Shown here piece after piece: positions 27,434-37,693 of a DNA stretch of 64,000 bases. Position 1 is the first letter of the stretch, and the number at the start of each line of letters is the position of its first letter. Below the pieces are notes generated by a model. The model saw only the letters and a list, made by a program, of their open reading frames with translations, was not told the DNA's origin and made no database searches. The translations under genes were made by a program, and so were the position numbers. This DNA is from an uncultured Acidimicrobiales bacterium (GTDB taxonomy: Bacteria > Actinomycetota > Acidimicrobiia > Acidimicrobiales > CADCSY01): positions 14,048-78,047 of the forward strand of contig CADCSY010000092.1 of the NCBI GenBank assembly GCA_902805555.1. The letters are read 5' to 3'.

Positions 27434-28657
27434 ATGGCCGACCACGCAGCGCTGATCAGCGAGCGCCTCGAGCAGCTCCTGGCGGAGACCGACGAGAGCA
27501 CCGACGTCCGCACGTTCCGCGGCAAGCAGTACGACCTCGGCCTCGGGTGGGTCCACTTCCCGGAGGGCTACGGCGGGGTCGGGGCGCCGCCGAAGCTGCA
27601 GCGAATCGTCGAGGAGGGCATCGCCGGCGCCTCGAGGCGAGCCCACGACCCAGGGCGGACGTTCTTCGGCCTGACCATGGCGGGTCCGACCATCGTCACC
27701 CACGGCTCGGAGGAGGCCAGGCAGCGGCTGCTCCGGCCGATGTTCACCGGCGAGGACGCCTGGTGCCAGCTCTTCAGCGAGCCGGGCGCAGGCTCCGACC
27801 TGGCCGGGCTGTCGTGCCGGGCCGTGCGCGACGGCGACGAGTGGGTGGTGACCGGGCAGAAGGTCTGGAACACCCTCGCCCACATCGCCGACCGCGGGAT
27901 GCTCGTCGCCAGGACCGATCCCCAGCAGCCGAAGCACCGGGGGGTGACCTACTTCGCGCTCGACATGCACGCCCCCGGGGTCGAGGTGCGGCCGCTGCGC
28001 CAGATCACGGGGGAGGCGGAGTTCAACGAGGTCTACATGACCGAGGTGCGGGTGCCCGACGCCGACCGCATCGGCGACGTCGGCGCCGGCTGGGGCGTGG
28101 CCATGACCACCTTGGCCAACGAGCGCACCACGATCGGCGGCGGCGGCAGCGGCGCCCGGCGTCAGACGGGACCCGTGCGCTACCAGTGGGGCAAGGGGGC
28201 GATGGCCGAGGCGCTGCGCATCTGGCACGAGGAGGCGCCCGATCCCAGCCCGGCCATGAAGGACCGACTCATGCGGATGATGGTGGAGTCCGAGGTGCTG
28301 TACCTGACGAACGTCCGCGCCGGCCAGATGCGCCAGGCCGGCAACCCGGGACCCGAGGGCTCGATCGCCAAGCTCATGTTCAGCGAGGTCAACAAGCGCC
28401 TCTACGAGCTGTGCGTCGACCTGCTCGGCCCGCGCGCCACCGTCGACGTCGACTACTCCATGCGCCGGACCGACGCCGGGGGGCTCGTCGGTGCGCCCGG
28501 CAGCTCGCGCAAGATGTTCCTGCGGTCCCGTGCCAACTCCGTCGAGGGCGGCACCTCCGAGGTGCAGCGCAACATCCTCGGCGAGCGGGTGCTCGGCCTC
28601 CCGGGCGACGTGCGGGTCGACAAGGACCGCCCGTGGTCGGAGGTCCCCCGCAGCTGA
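27434..28657 (+). CDS. Acyl-CoA dehydrogenase
   Basis: WCQLFSEPGAGSDLA, GQKVWN, EFNEV, EGGTSEVQRNILGERVLGLP. Confidence 0.93.
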   Translation: MADHAALISERLEQLLAETDESTDVRTFRGKQYDLGLGWVHFPEGYGGVGAPPKLQRIVEEGIAGASRRAHDPGRTFFGLTMAGPTIVTHGSEEARQRLLRPMFTGEDAWCQLFSEPGAGSDLAGLSCRAVRDGDEWVVTGQKVWNTLAHIADRGMLVARTDPQQPKHRGVTYFALDMHAPGVEVRPLRQITGEAEFNEVYMTEVRVPDADRIGDVGAGWGVAMTTLANERTTIGGGGSGARRQTGPVRYQWGKGAMAEALRIWHEEAPDPSPAMKDRLMRMMVESEVLYLTNVRAGQMRQAGNPGPEGSIAKLMFSEVNKRLYELCVDLLGPRATVDVDYSMRRTDAGGLVGAPGSSRKMFLRSRANSVEGGTSEVQRNILGERVLGLPGDVRVDKDRPWSEVPRS

Positions 28658-28676
28658 GGCAGGTCCCTGGGGCAGG

Positions 28677-29228
28677 TCAGCCCTCCGACGGGGGCCCCGG
28701 CTCCGCCGCCACGTCCTCCCAGAACGCAACGGCGACCGCCTCGAGCCGCATCCCCAGCTCGAGGGTCCGGCGGTGGAACTCGTGCCCGGGGTTCGCCTCC
28801 AGCCAGACCGCGAGCTCCTCCATCTGGTCGAGGCGGCGCCGGCGCATGTCGACCTGCTCCTCGGCGAGCGCGGCGACGGCGGCCGCTTCGGACTGCGAGC
28901 CGAAGAAGAGCTTGAGCAGGCCCTGGTCCCGATACCCGATGGCCTCCTCCGCAGGCTCCGCGAGCCACGAGCGCAGGGCCTCCCGCCCGGCAGCGGTCAC
29001 TGCGAACCGGCGCCGCCGGCGCCCGTCGGCCTCCCGCTCCTCCTCGACCAGCCCGGCGGCTGCCAGCCGGGGCGGCTCGGTGTAGAGCTGGGTGTGGGGG
29101 AAGGGCCAGAAGCGGCCGATCGAGCGGGCGACGGACGCCTTGAGCTCGTAGGGCGTGGACGGGCCCCGCTCGGCCAGGAGACCGAGCACGAGGTAGGACG
29201 TCGACGTGAGCGCTGGGCCCGGAGACAC
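28677..29228 (-). CDS. PadR-family transcriptional regulator
   Basis: YLVLGLL...TPYEL...FW...QLYTE, VTAAGREALRSWL, LLKLFF; divergent from the MFS gene. Confidence 0.88.
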   Translation of the reverse strand: MSPGPALTSTSYLVLGLLAERGPSTPYELKASVARSIGRFWPFPHTQLYTEPPRLAAAGLVEEEREADGRRRRRFAVTAAGREALRSWLAEPAEEAIGYRDQGLLKLFFGSQSEAAAVAALAEEQVDMRRRRLDQMEELAVWLEANPGHEFHRRTLELGMRLEAVAVAFWEDVAAEPGPPSEG

Positions 29229-29301
29229 CTCTCCAGCGTACCGAAGGACCATTCGCACGATACCGTTCGGCACGAACGGTGACGGGGGCTGAGGAGGAGC
29301 G

Positions 29302-30723
29302 ATGGCACTGGCACGTGGTTGGAAGGTCCTGCTCGTCACCTCGGCCGGCGTGTACCTCGTGTCGCTCGACGTCACGATCGTCAACATCGCGTTCCGGGAC
29401 CTGAACGCCGACTTCGCCGAGGCCTCGCCGAACCTGCTCTCGTGGGTCCTCTCGGGCTACAACATCGCCTTCGCCGCCAGCCTCCTCACCGCCGGGCGCA
29501 TGGCCGACCGGTTCGGGCGACGACGTGCCTTCTTCACGGGCCTGGCCGTGTTCACCACCGCCTCGGCGCTGTGCGGGCTGGCGCCCGGGCCCTACTGGCT
29601 GATCGCGGCGCGGGTGCTCCAGGCCGTGGGCGGCGCCCTGATCATCCCCTCGTCGCTCGCGCTGATCCTCCCCGAGTTCCCACCGGAGCGGCGCTCGGCG
29701 GCGATCGGCATCTGGGGTGCGGTGGGAGCGGTGGCTGCGGCCACGGGACCGAGCCTCGGCGGGTTCCTCGTCGACGCCGTCGGGTGGCGGGCCGTGTTCT
29801 ACGTGAACATGCCGTTCTGCCTGCTCGCCTTCGTCTTCGGGCGGAGCCTGCTCGTGGAGTCGAAGGACCCGACCGCCGGCGGCATCCCCGACGTGCTGGG
29901 CGCCGCCCTCGGGACCCTCGGCGTCGGCGCCCTCACGCTCTCCATCGTGCAGGGCGGCGAGTGGGGCTACGCCGACCCCCGGACGGTCGCCGCCTACGTC
30001 GTGGCCGCCGCCGCCCTCCCCGCCTTCGTGGCCCGCTGCAACCGGAGCTCGAACCCGGTGCTCGACCTCGGCCTGCTGCGCCAGCGCTTCTTCGCCGTGG
30101 CCAACGCCGCCGGCTTCCTGTTCGCTGTCGGCTTCTTCGCCATGCTCTTCGTGAACGTGCAGTTCCTCACCGGCGTCTGGGGCTACTCCGTCATCGGCGC
30201 CGGTCTGGCGCTGACCCCGGGTCCGCTCTTCGCCGCTGCGTGCGCGGGCCCAGCCGGACGGCTGGCCGACCGCTACGGCCACCGCATCGTCGCCGGCCCC
30301 GGCGCGGTGCTCTTCGCCGCCGGGATCCTCAGCTACATCCTGTACCTCGACCCGGAGCCGGACTACTGGGGCGTGTTCTTCGTGGGCAACGCCCTCGTCG
30401 GCATCGGCATCGGGTTCACCATCTCGACGCTGGGCTCGGCCTCGAGCGCCTTCCTGCCCCCGACCCGCTTCGCCATGGGCAGCGCCTTCAACGCCACGGC
30501 GCGCCAGATCGGAGCCGCGCTCGGCATCGCCATGGTCGTCGCCGTGCTCGGCACCCCCTCGCCGGCCGAGGCAGCCGCGGCCTTCGACCGGGCCTGGAGC
30601 GTGCTCGCCCTGTTCGGCCTCGCCAGCGGCCTGGTCATGCTGGTCCTGTTCCGCCCCCCGCCGAACGCCGAGGTGGCGACCACCACCGAGGGCAGCGTCG
30701 CCACCGGCGCCCCGGCCGCCTGA
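29302..30723 (+). CDS. DHA2 (EmrB/QacA) family MFS efflux transporter
   Basis: LDVTIVNIA, GRMADRFGRRR, GPSLGG, WRAVFYVNMP; about 14 TM. Confidence 0.92.
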   Translation: MALARGWKVLLVTSAGVYLVSLDVTIVNIAFRDLNADFAEASPNLLSWVLSGYNIAFAASLLTAGRMADRFGRRRAFFTGLAVFTTASALCGLAPGPYWLIAARVLQAVGGALIIPSSLALILPEFPPERRSAAIGIWGAVGAVAAATGPSLGGFLVDAVGWRAVFYVNMPFCLLAFVFGRSLLVESKDPTAGGIPDVLGAALGTLGVGALTLSIVQGGEWGYADPRTVAAYVVAAAALPAFVARCNRSSNPVLDLGLLRQRFFAVANAAGFLFAVGFFAMLFVNVQFLTGVWGYSVIGAGLALTPGPLFAAACAGPAGRLADRYGHRIVAGPGAVLFAAGILSYILYLDPEPDYWGVFFVGNALVGIGIGFTISTLGSASSAFLPPTRFAMGSAFNATARQIGAALGIAMVVAVLGTPSPAEAAAAFDRAWSVLALFGLASGLVMLVLFRPPPNAEVATTTEGSVATGAPAA

Positions 30724-30750
30724 CCGAGCCCGCCCGGCGGCGCACCCGTG

Positions 30751-31094
30751 CTGGCGGCTGGGTGCCCTCCGGCCGGTGAGCCGCCAGCTCGAGTCGTTGC
30801 CCGAACTGGCGGTTGGATCGGGTGCCCTACCCGCAGGTGAGCCGCCAGTTCGAGTCCTTGCCCGAACTGGCGGCTGGATCGGGTGCCCTGCCCGCAGCTG
30901 GACCGCCAACTCGAACCCCCCCGAACTGGCGGCTGGATCGGGTGCCCTACCCGCCGGTGAGCCGCCAACTCGAATCCACCCGAACTGGCGGTTGGATCGG
31001 GTGCCCTGCCCGCAGGTGAACCGCCAGTTCGAGTCGTCGCCCGACTTGGCGGTTGGATCGGGTGCCCTGCCGGTCGGTGAGCCGCCAGATCGAG
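30751..31094. repeat. Tandem array of ~60-bp palindromic (REP/BIME-like) units: five full copies plus one degenerate
   Basis: Unit approx CCCGAACTGGCGG(T/C)TGGATCGGGTGCCCT(A/G)CCCGCAGGTGAGCCGCCAGTTCGA; copies start at 30800, 30861, 30920, 30979, 31040; lies between convergent genes. Confidence 0.9.
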
Positions 31095-31110
31095 AGCGGG
31101 GCCGGGCCCC

Positions 31111-32364
31111 TTACGCCTTGGCCTTGGCCTCGGGCTTGGGCTCCTTGGGCAGGCCGAGGACGCGCTCGCCCACGATGTTGCGCTGGATCTCGGCGGTCCC
31201 GCCCCAGATGGTCTCCGACCGGGAGAAGAAGAACTGCGCCTGCATGGCGCTCACCGGGTAGTCCTCGCGACCACGCACCCTGGCCATGCCGGGCAGGCCG
31301 CCGTCCTCGGCCTGGGCGCCGGTGAGGACCGTGCTCTCCATGCCGAGGATGTCCATGGCCAGCTCCATGACGTCGCGGTGGTACTCCGACCAGAACATCT
31401 TGTTGGTGGCGCCGAGCGCCATGACGCCGAGGTCCTTCGTGTCGTGGAGCGTGGCCGACAGGCTGCGCCAGCCGTTCACCTTCATGATCTGGACCTTCGA
31501 GTGGGCGACCATCAGGCGCTGGCGGATGACCGGGTCGTCGATCTTCCCGTTCGCCTTCGCCGCCTCGAGGATCGTCTCGAGCTCGCGCTCGAAGCGCCGG
31601 TAGCTGGTGGTGGCCGAGCTGCCCCGCTCGAAGCCGAGCGTGGTCATGGCCACCTTCCACCCGTTGTTGAGCCCGCCGACGACGTTGTCCTTCGGGCAGC
31701 GGGCGTTCTCGAAGAACACCTCGTTGAACTCACCGGACCCGTCGGGCTGGATGATCGGCCGCACCTCGATCCCGGGCTGGTGCATCGGGACCAGCAGGTA
31801 GGAGATGCCGGCGTGCATGGGGGCGCTGGGATCGGTCCTCGCCAGCAGGAAGACGTAGTCGGCGTGCTGCGCCATCGTCGTCCAGACCTTCTGGCCGTTG
31901 ACGACCCACTCGTCGCCGTCGAGCTCGGCCTTGCACTTGAGCGAGGCGAGGTCCGACCCGGCGTTCGGCTCGGAGAAGCCCTGGCACCACGCGATCTCGC
32001 CCTTGAGGATCCCCGGCAGGAACTGCTTCTTCTGCTCCTCCGTGCCCCACTGCAGGATGGTCGGACCGACGAGGGTGTCGCCGAAGAAGTCGGCCCGCAG
32101 CGGTGCGTTGGCCCGGCTGAACTCCTCGTTGAGCACCACCGACTGCATCGTCGTGAGGCCCTTGCCCCCGTACTCCTCCGGCCACGAGGCGCAGATCCAC
32201 CCGCCGGCGAAGAGCTTCTTCGGCCACTCCTCGTTGAACCGCTTGCGGTCCTCGCCCTTGAGCTGGAAGCCCTCGTCGAACCAGCCCTCTGGCAGGTTCT
32301 CCTCCAGCCACGCCCGGATCTCACCGCGGAACTCTTCTGCTTCGGGCGGGTACGTCAGGTCCAT
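31111..32364 (-). CDS. Acyl-CoA dehydrogenase
   Basis: WCQGFSEPNAGSDLA, GQKVWT, FNEVFF, WGGTAEIQRNIVGERVLGLP. Confidence 0.93.
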   Translation of the reverse strand: MDLTYPPEAEEFRGEIRAWLEENLPEGWFDEGFQLKGEDRKRFNEEWPKKLFAGGWICASWPEEYGGKGLTTMQSVVLNEEFSRANAPLRADFFGDTLVGPTILQWGTEEQKKQFLPGILKGEIAWCQGFSEPNAGSDLASLKCKAELDGDEWVVNGQKVWTTMAQHADYVFLLARTDPSAPMHAGISYLLVPMHQPGIEVRPIIQPDGSGEFNEVFFENARCPKDNVVGGLNNGWKVAMTTLGFERGSSATTSYRRFERELETILEAAKANGKIDDPVIRQRLMVAHSKVQIMKVNGWRSLSATLHDTKDLGVMALGATNKMFWSEYHRDVMELAMDILGMESTVLTGAQAEDGGLPGMARVRGREDYPVSAMQAQFFFSRSETIWGGTAEIQRNIVGERVLGLPKEPKPEAKAKA

Positions 32365-32456
32365 GGCGCCATCCTCGCGCCGGCCCCCCACGTGCGAGAA
32401 GTCCTCGGCCGGCCCGCTCGGTCGATCTGGCGGCCACGGCGGGTAGGTTTCCGGCC

Positions 32457-33641
32457 ATGGCCGTCACCGAGAACGCACCTGCGCCCAAGCGCGAGCGCTG
32501 GACCGCGCAGTGGCTCGAGCTGTACGACGAGGTCGTCACGACCGGGCTGTGCACCGGCTGCGCCGGCTGCGTCATCGCCTGTCCCCACGACGTGATCGGC
32601 TACGACCACTCCTCCGGCGGGTACCGCCCCTTCCACCTGGAGGAGGAGCTCGGTCCCGACGACTGCATCCACGGCCAGAAGGGCTGCACGAGCTGCACCC
32701 GGGCCTGCCCCCGGTTCCGCACCTGGGAGACCGAGGCGGACACGTTCCTCTTCGGGCGCGAGCGCCTCCCCGCCGAGCTCTCGGGCATCGGGAAGGACAT
32801 CGTCCTCGCCAGGGCGGCCGACCCGGCGCTCGCAGCGGCCGGCCAGGACGGCGGCCTCGTGTCGGCGATCCTCCTGTGGGCCATGGAGCACGGCTACATC
32901 GACGCCGCCCTCGTCTCGTACCTCGAGGGCGACGGCACGAGCTGGAAGGCCAGGCCCGGCGTGGCCCGCACCCCCGAGGACGTGCTCGCCGCCGCCGGCA
33001 GCCGCTACACCTACTCGGCCAACAACCTGGCCTACGACGACGCGGTCGAGGGCGGCGCCGACAAGATCTGCCTCGTCGGCATGGGCTGCATGACGAGCGC
33101 GCCGCCCGTGATGAAGAACCGCAAGATCGGCAAGGTCGGGCGGCGCTTCGCGCTCAACATCGGCCTGCTCTGCTCCAAGACCTTCGACGACGCCATCTTC
33201 GAGGAGCTCTTCGAGGCGAAGTACGGCCTCAAGAAGCAGGACATGGTCAAGATGAACATCAAGGGCGTGTTCCAGATCTGGATGCGCAACGGCGACTACC
33301 ACGAGGTGCCCCTCAAGGAGTGCCACGCCTGGACCCGCGAGGGGTGCACGAGGTGCCCGGACTTCGCCGCCGAGCACGCCGACATCTCCACCGGTGGCAT
33401 CGGCGCCTTCAACGACTGGACGCTCACCGTGATCCGCACCGACGTCGGGCGCGAGATCATGGACGGGATGATCAGGGACGGGGTCATCGAGACCCGCCCG
33501 GGTGACGACGACCCCGGCGCCATCGACCTCATGCAGAAGCTCTCCCGCAAGAGCCGCAAGCGCTGGCCCGAGACCGCCGTCGCCGCCCCCGGCGCCGTGC
33601 CCCCGCTCCCCCCGAAGGTCGCCCCCGCAGCCGGCGCCTGA
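32457..33641 (+). CDS. Coenzyme F420 hydrogenase/dehydrogenase beta-subunit (FrhB/FpoF) family protein with N-terminal ferredoxin domain
   Basis: CTGCAGCVIACP and CTSCTRACP; GQDGGLVSAIL, AGSRYT, VGMGC, IGLLCS, GCTRCPDFAAEHADISTG. Confidence 0.88.
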   Translation: MAVTENAPAPKRERWTAQWLELYDEVVTTGLCTGCAGCVIACPHDVIGYDHSSGGYRPFHLEEELGPDDCIHGQKGCTSCTRACPRFRTWETEADTFLFGRERLPAELSGIGKDIVLARAADPALAAAGQDGGLVSAILLWAMEHGYIDAALVSYLEGDGTSWKARPGVARTPEDVLAAAGSRYTYSANNLAYDDAVEGGADKICLVGMGCMTSAPPVMKNRKIGKVGRRFALNIGLLCSKTFDDAIFEELFEAKYGLKKQDMVKMNIKGVFQIWMRNGDYHEVPLKECHAWTREGCTRCPDFAAEHADISTGGIGAFNDWTLTVIRTDVGREIMDGMIRDGVIETRPGDDDPGAIDLMQKLSRKSRKRWPETAVAAPGAVPPLPPKVAPAAGA

Positions 33642-33869
33642 GCCGAGGGGCCGTCGGCGGCACCACCCGTCGAGGACATCTCGAGGACCACTGGTCGGGC
33701 CGGCACGTCGATCCCGCGTGCCGGCACCTCTGTGGCCGAGACCACCTTCACGGGGCCGGCCGTGGACCACCACCCACGAGCGACCCGTCCCGGGCCCGGA
33801 GGCGGTCGGACCAGGGCGCCGGCGCACCCTCTGAGGAGCTCGCGCCCGGCCGAACCTACGATCCCACCC

Positions 33870-34823
33870 ATGCCGGTCGATCCCCAGGTCCAGCTCCTCC
33901 TCGACGCCCTCGCCGCGGCCGAGGCGCCACCGCTGCACACGCTCTCGCCGGAGGATGCGCGCGCCGCCTACGCCGCCCTGGCGGTGGCGAGGACGGGCAC
34001 GGGTGATGCGGCCTCCACCGAGGACCTGGTGGTGGCGGGCCCCGCCGGTGACGTGCCCGTCCGCGTGTACCGACCGGAGGGAGCCGACGCCCCCGCCCCG
34101 GTGTGCGTCTTCTTCCACGGCGGCGGCTGGGTCATCGGGAGCATCGAGACCCACGACGCCCTGTGCACGGCCCTCGCCGCCCGCTCGGGCGTCGTCATCG
34201 TGTCGGTGGAGTACCGCCTCTCCCCGGAGGCCCCGTACCCGGCCGCGCTCGACGACTGCCTCGCAGCGACCCGCTGGGTCGCCGACAACGCGGCCGAGCT
34301 CGCTGTCGACCCCCGGCGCCTCGCCGTGGGGGGCGACTCGGCGGGCGGGAACCTCGCCGCCGCCGTCGCCATCAGGGCCCGGGACGAAGGGGCACCGGCG
34401 ATCGCCTTCCAGCTGCTGGTGTACCCCGTGCTCGACCACTCCTTCGACCAGCCCAGCTACGTCGAGAACGCCGAGGGGTACTTCCTCACCGCCGACGGCA
34501 TGCGCTGGTTCAGCAGCCACTACCTGGGTGGCACCTCCCCGACCGAGCCGCTCGCCGCCCCCCTCCACGCCCCTGATCTGACCGGGCTGCCTCCTGCGCT
34601 CGTCCTCACCGCAGAGTTCGACCCGCTGCGCGACGAGGGCGAGGCCTACGGCGCCCGCCTCTCGGAGGCAGGCGTCGCCACCACGGTCCGCAGGTACGAC
34701 GGCATGGTGCACGGCTTCGTCAGCATGTACGCGCTCGTCGACGCCGGTTCACGTGGGCTCGACGAGTGCGCAACAGCGCTCCGACAGGCACTGGCCGTCG
34801 ATGCCGTCGAGGTGCGACGATGA
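33870..34823 (+). CDS. HSL-family (GDXG) esterase/lipase
   Basis: FHGGGW, GDSAGG, EFDPLRDEG, HGF. Confidence 0.92.
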   Translation: MPVDPQVQLLLDALAAAEAPPLHTLSPEDARAAYAALAVARTGTGDAASTEDLVVAGPAGDVPVRVYRPEGADAPAPVCVFFHGGGWVIGSIETHDALCTALAARSGVVIVSVEYRLSPEAPYPAALDDCLAATRWVADNAAELAVDPRRLAVGGDSAGGNLAAAVAIRARDEGAPAIAFQLLVYPVLDHSFDQPSYVENAEGYFLTADGMRWFSSHYLGGTSPTEPLAAPLHAPDLTGLPPALVLTAEFDPLRDEGEAYGARLSEAGVATTVRRYDGMVHGFVSMYALVDAGSRGLDECATALRQALAVDAVEVRR

Positions 34824-34884
34824 GACGGACCTGGCCTCGATGTCTCGCTAGGTTGGTGCCCGACCACTTCGAAGGGGATGCGCA

Positions 34885-36117
34885 GTGACCACGACCGATC
34901 CGAGCATGCCGGTGTCCAGCTGGGCCGACGACTACGACATCTTCGACCACGACTACGTCGCCAACCCGTTCCCCGTCTGGGACGAGCTGCGGGGCACCTG
35001 TCCGGTGGCCCACACCGACCGCTGGGGGGGCTCGTGGATGCCCACCCGCTACGAGGACGTGTCGGCGATCGCCCACGACACCGAGCACTTCTCGTCCCGC
35101 GAGGTCCTCGTGACCCCCGCGCCCGAGCCGCCCGAGGACGGCGAGGAGATGGTGCTCCAGCTCGGCGGCGAGGTCGCAGCCCCCCCGATCACCTCCGACC
35201 CGCCCGAGCACCAGTGGGCCCGCCGGCTGATCCTCCCGATGTTCGCGCCGAAGGCGGTGGAGAAGTACGAGCCGATCACACGCGACCTGTGCCGGAGCCT
35301 GGTGCAGGACCTGGTGGCGGCGGGCAAGGGTGACGCCGCGGTCGGCTACGCCCAGCAGATCCCGGTGCGCATCATCGCCAAGATGCTCGGCATCCCCGAG
35401 TCGATGTCCGAGACGTTCACCCAGTGGGTGCGGGGCGCCCTCGAGCTCGGGGCCACCGATCCGGAGGTCCGCCAGGAGGCGTTCAAGGAGATCATCACCT
35501 ACCTGTTCGAGGAGGTGACGAAGCGCAAGGAGCACCCGGGCGACGACATCCTCTCCGAGCTCCTCGCCGCCGAGGTCGACGGCGAGCCCGTGCCCGACTA
35601 CCACGTCATCGGCACGGGGATCCTGATCCTCGTCGCCGGCATCGACACCACCTGGTCGGCCATCGGCTCTGCGATCTGGCACCTGGCCACCCACCCGGAG
35701 GACCGCCGCCGCCTCGTGGCCGAGCCCGACCTGATGCCCCTCGCCGTCGAGGAGCTGCTGCGGGCCTACTCCCCCGTCACCATGGCCCGCGTGGTCAAGG
35801 AGGACGTGGAGGTGAACGGCTGCCCCATGAAGGTGGACGACCGGGTCCTGCTCTCGTTCCCCTCGGCCAACCGTGACCCCGAGGTCTTCGAGCGCCCGAA
35901 CGAGGTCATCCTCGACCGGGCCAAGAACCGCCACATCGCCTTCGGCGCCGGCATCCACCGCTGCGCCGGCTCGAACCTGGCCCGCATGGAGCTGCGGGTC
36001 GCCATCGAGGAGTTCCTGCGCGCCGCCCCCGAGTTCTCCCTCGAGGACGGGGCCACCGTCACGTGGGCCGGCGGCCAGGTCCGTGGTCCCCGCCAGCTGC
36101 CGGTGGTGTTCGGATGA
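34885..36117 (+). CDS. Cytochrome P450
   Basis: DPPEH, AGIDTT (I-helix), EELLR, FGAGIHRCAG (heme Cys). Confidence 0.96.
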   Translation: MTTTDPSMPVSSWADDYDIFDHDYVANPFPVWDELRGTCPVAHTDRWGGSWMPTRYEDVSAIAHDTEHFSSREVLVTPAPEPPEDGEEMVLQLGGEVAAPPITSDPPEHQWARRLILPMFAPKAVEKYEPITRDLCRSLVQDLVAAGKGDAAVGYAQQIPVRIIAKMLGIPESMSETFTQWVRGALELGATDPEVRQEAFKEIITYLFEEVTKRKEHPGDDILSELLAAEVDGEPVPDYHVIGTGILILVAGIDTTWSAIGSAIWHLATHPEDRRRLVAEPDLMPLAVEELLRAYSPVTMARVVKEDVEVNGCPMKVDDRVLLSFPSANRDPEVFERPNEVILDRAKNRHIAFGAGIHRCAGSNLARMELRVAIEEFLRAAPEFSLEDGATVTWAGGQVRGPRQLPVVFG

Positions 36118-36311
36118 AGGTCCGCCTGATCGACGACAAGTGCCAGGGCCACGGCCGCTGCTACGCCCTCGCCCCCGAGCTGTTCGAGAGCGACGACTAC
36201 GGCAACGCGCAGCTGTGCGGCGACGGCTCCGTCCTCCCCGGCCAGGAGGACGACGCGCGCCTGGCCGCCGACAACTGCCCCGAGTTCGCCATCGAGCTCG
36301 ACGAGGCCTGA
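36114..36311 (+). CDS. Ferredoxin (CxxHxxC...CP type, likely 3Fe-4S)
   Basis: CQGHGRC...APELF...NCPEFAI; ATGA overlap with the P450 stop. Confidence 0.9.
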   Translation: MKVRLIDDKCQGHGRCYALAPELFESDDYGNAQLCGDGSVLPGQEDDARLAADNCPEFAIELDEA

Positions 36312-36434
36312 GTCCCGCCCGGCGCGGCCGGGCGGCAGCTTGAACCCGGCCCGCAGGGCCACAACTAGCCTCGGTCGAGAACGCGAGCCGGGCGCACGAA
36401 CGTCCACTCGCACCGAACCTCAGGGGAGCTCCTC

Positions 36435-37598
36435 ATGGCTGAAGCCGTCATCGTCGCCACCGCACGCACGCCCATCGGCCGGGCCTTCAAGGGCTCGCTG
36501 GCCGAAGCCCGTCCCGACGACATGGGGGGCTTCATCGTCGACACCCTCATGAACAAGGTCCCCGAGGTCGACCGCGCGTCGGTCGAGGACTGCATCATCG
36601 GCGCCGCCAACCACGCCGGCGAGCAGGGCATGAACGTGGCCCGCAACATCGCGCTCCTGGCGGGCCTGCCCGACACCGTGCCCGGGACGACGGTCAACCG
36701 CTTCTGCGCCTCGTCGCTGCAGTCGATCCGGATGGCGTACCACGCCATCAAGGCCGGCGAGGGCGACACCTACGTGGCCGGAGGCGTCGAGTCCGTCAGC
36801 CGGACCGGCGGCCGTGGCTTCCAGAAGGAGGACATGAACCTCCGCTTCGTCGCCGGGAGCAACGACTTCATCAACAACGTCTACATCCCGATGGGCATGA
36901 CGGCGGAGAACGTTGCGGCCAAGTACGGCGTGACCCGCGACCGCCTCGACGAGTTCGCCAAGCTGAGCCAGGACCGGGCCACGGCCGCCCAGGAGAACGG
37001 GTTCTTCGAGCGTGAGCTCACGCCGTACACGCTCCCCAACGGCGACGTCGTCTCGAAGGACGACTGCCCCCGCGCCGGCACCACCCTCGAGAAGCTGGCC
37101 AGCCTGCCCCCCGCGTTCAAGGAGGACGGCGTGGTGACCGCCGGCAACGCCTGCCCGCTGAACGACGGGGCGGCCGCCGTGCTCGTCATGAGCGAGGACA
37201 AGGCCCGCGAGCTCGGCCTCACCCCGCTCGCCCGCATCCTCGGCTCGTCGGTGTCGGGCCTGGCGCCGGAGATCATGGGGGTCGGGCCGATCGTCGCCCT
37301 CCAGAAGCTGTTCGCCCAGACCGGCAGGTCGATCTCCGACGTGGACGTCGTCGAGCTGAACGAGGCGTTCGCCGCCCAGGTGCTCCCCATCTGCGACGAG
37401 ATCGGGATCAGCGTCGAGGACCAGCTGAACCCGCACGGCGGGGCCATCGCCCTCGGCCACCCCTTCGGTCAGACCGGCGCCCGCATCATGACGACGCTCC
37501 TCAACGACCTCCAGACCCTCGACGGCACCATCGGGGTCGAGACGATGTGCGTCGGCGGCGGCCAGGGGATGGCGATGATGGTCGAGCGCCTCAGCTGA
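36435..37598 (+). CDS. Acetyl-CoA C-acyltransferase (thiolase)
   Basis: ARTPIG, NRFCASS, NEAF, GGAIALGHP, MCVGGGQG. Confidence 0.95.
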   Translation: MAEAVIVATARTPIGRAFKGSLAEARPDDMGGFIVDTLMNKVPEVDRASVEDCIIGAANHAGEQGMNVARNIALLAGLPDTVPGTTVNRFCASSLQSIRMAYHAIKAGEGDTYVAGGVESVSRTGGRGFQKEDMNLRFVAGSNDFINNVYIPMGMTAENVAAKYGVTRDRLDEFAKLSQDRATAAQENGFFERELTPYTLPNGDVVSKDDCPRAGTTLEKLASLPPAFKEDGVVTAGNACPLNDGAAAVLVMSEDKARELGLTPLARILGSSVSGLAPEIMGVGPIVALQKLFAQTGRSISDVDVVELNEAFAAQVLPICDEIGISVEDQLNPHGGAIALGHPFGQTGARIMTTLLNDLQTLDGTIGVETMCVGGGQGMAMMVERLS

Positions 37599-37693
37599 GC
37601 CGCAGCATCGCACCTCACGCAACGGGGGCGGCAGTTTGCTGAGCGCGTTCGGGGGGGACGGGTTGTCCAGCATCCACCACCCGAGGAGAGCCC

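Noticed and set aside
30751-31094. Possible CRISPR array
   Set aside because: Units are near-identical along their length with only a few variable linker bases; no unique 25-45 nt spacers and no cas genes.
32457-33641. F420-reducing hydrogenase or methanogen-derived operon
   Set aside because: No large/small hydrogenase subunits or maturation genes, and codon style matches the flanking genes.
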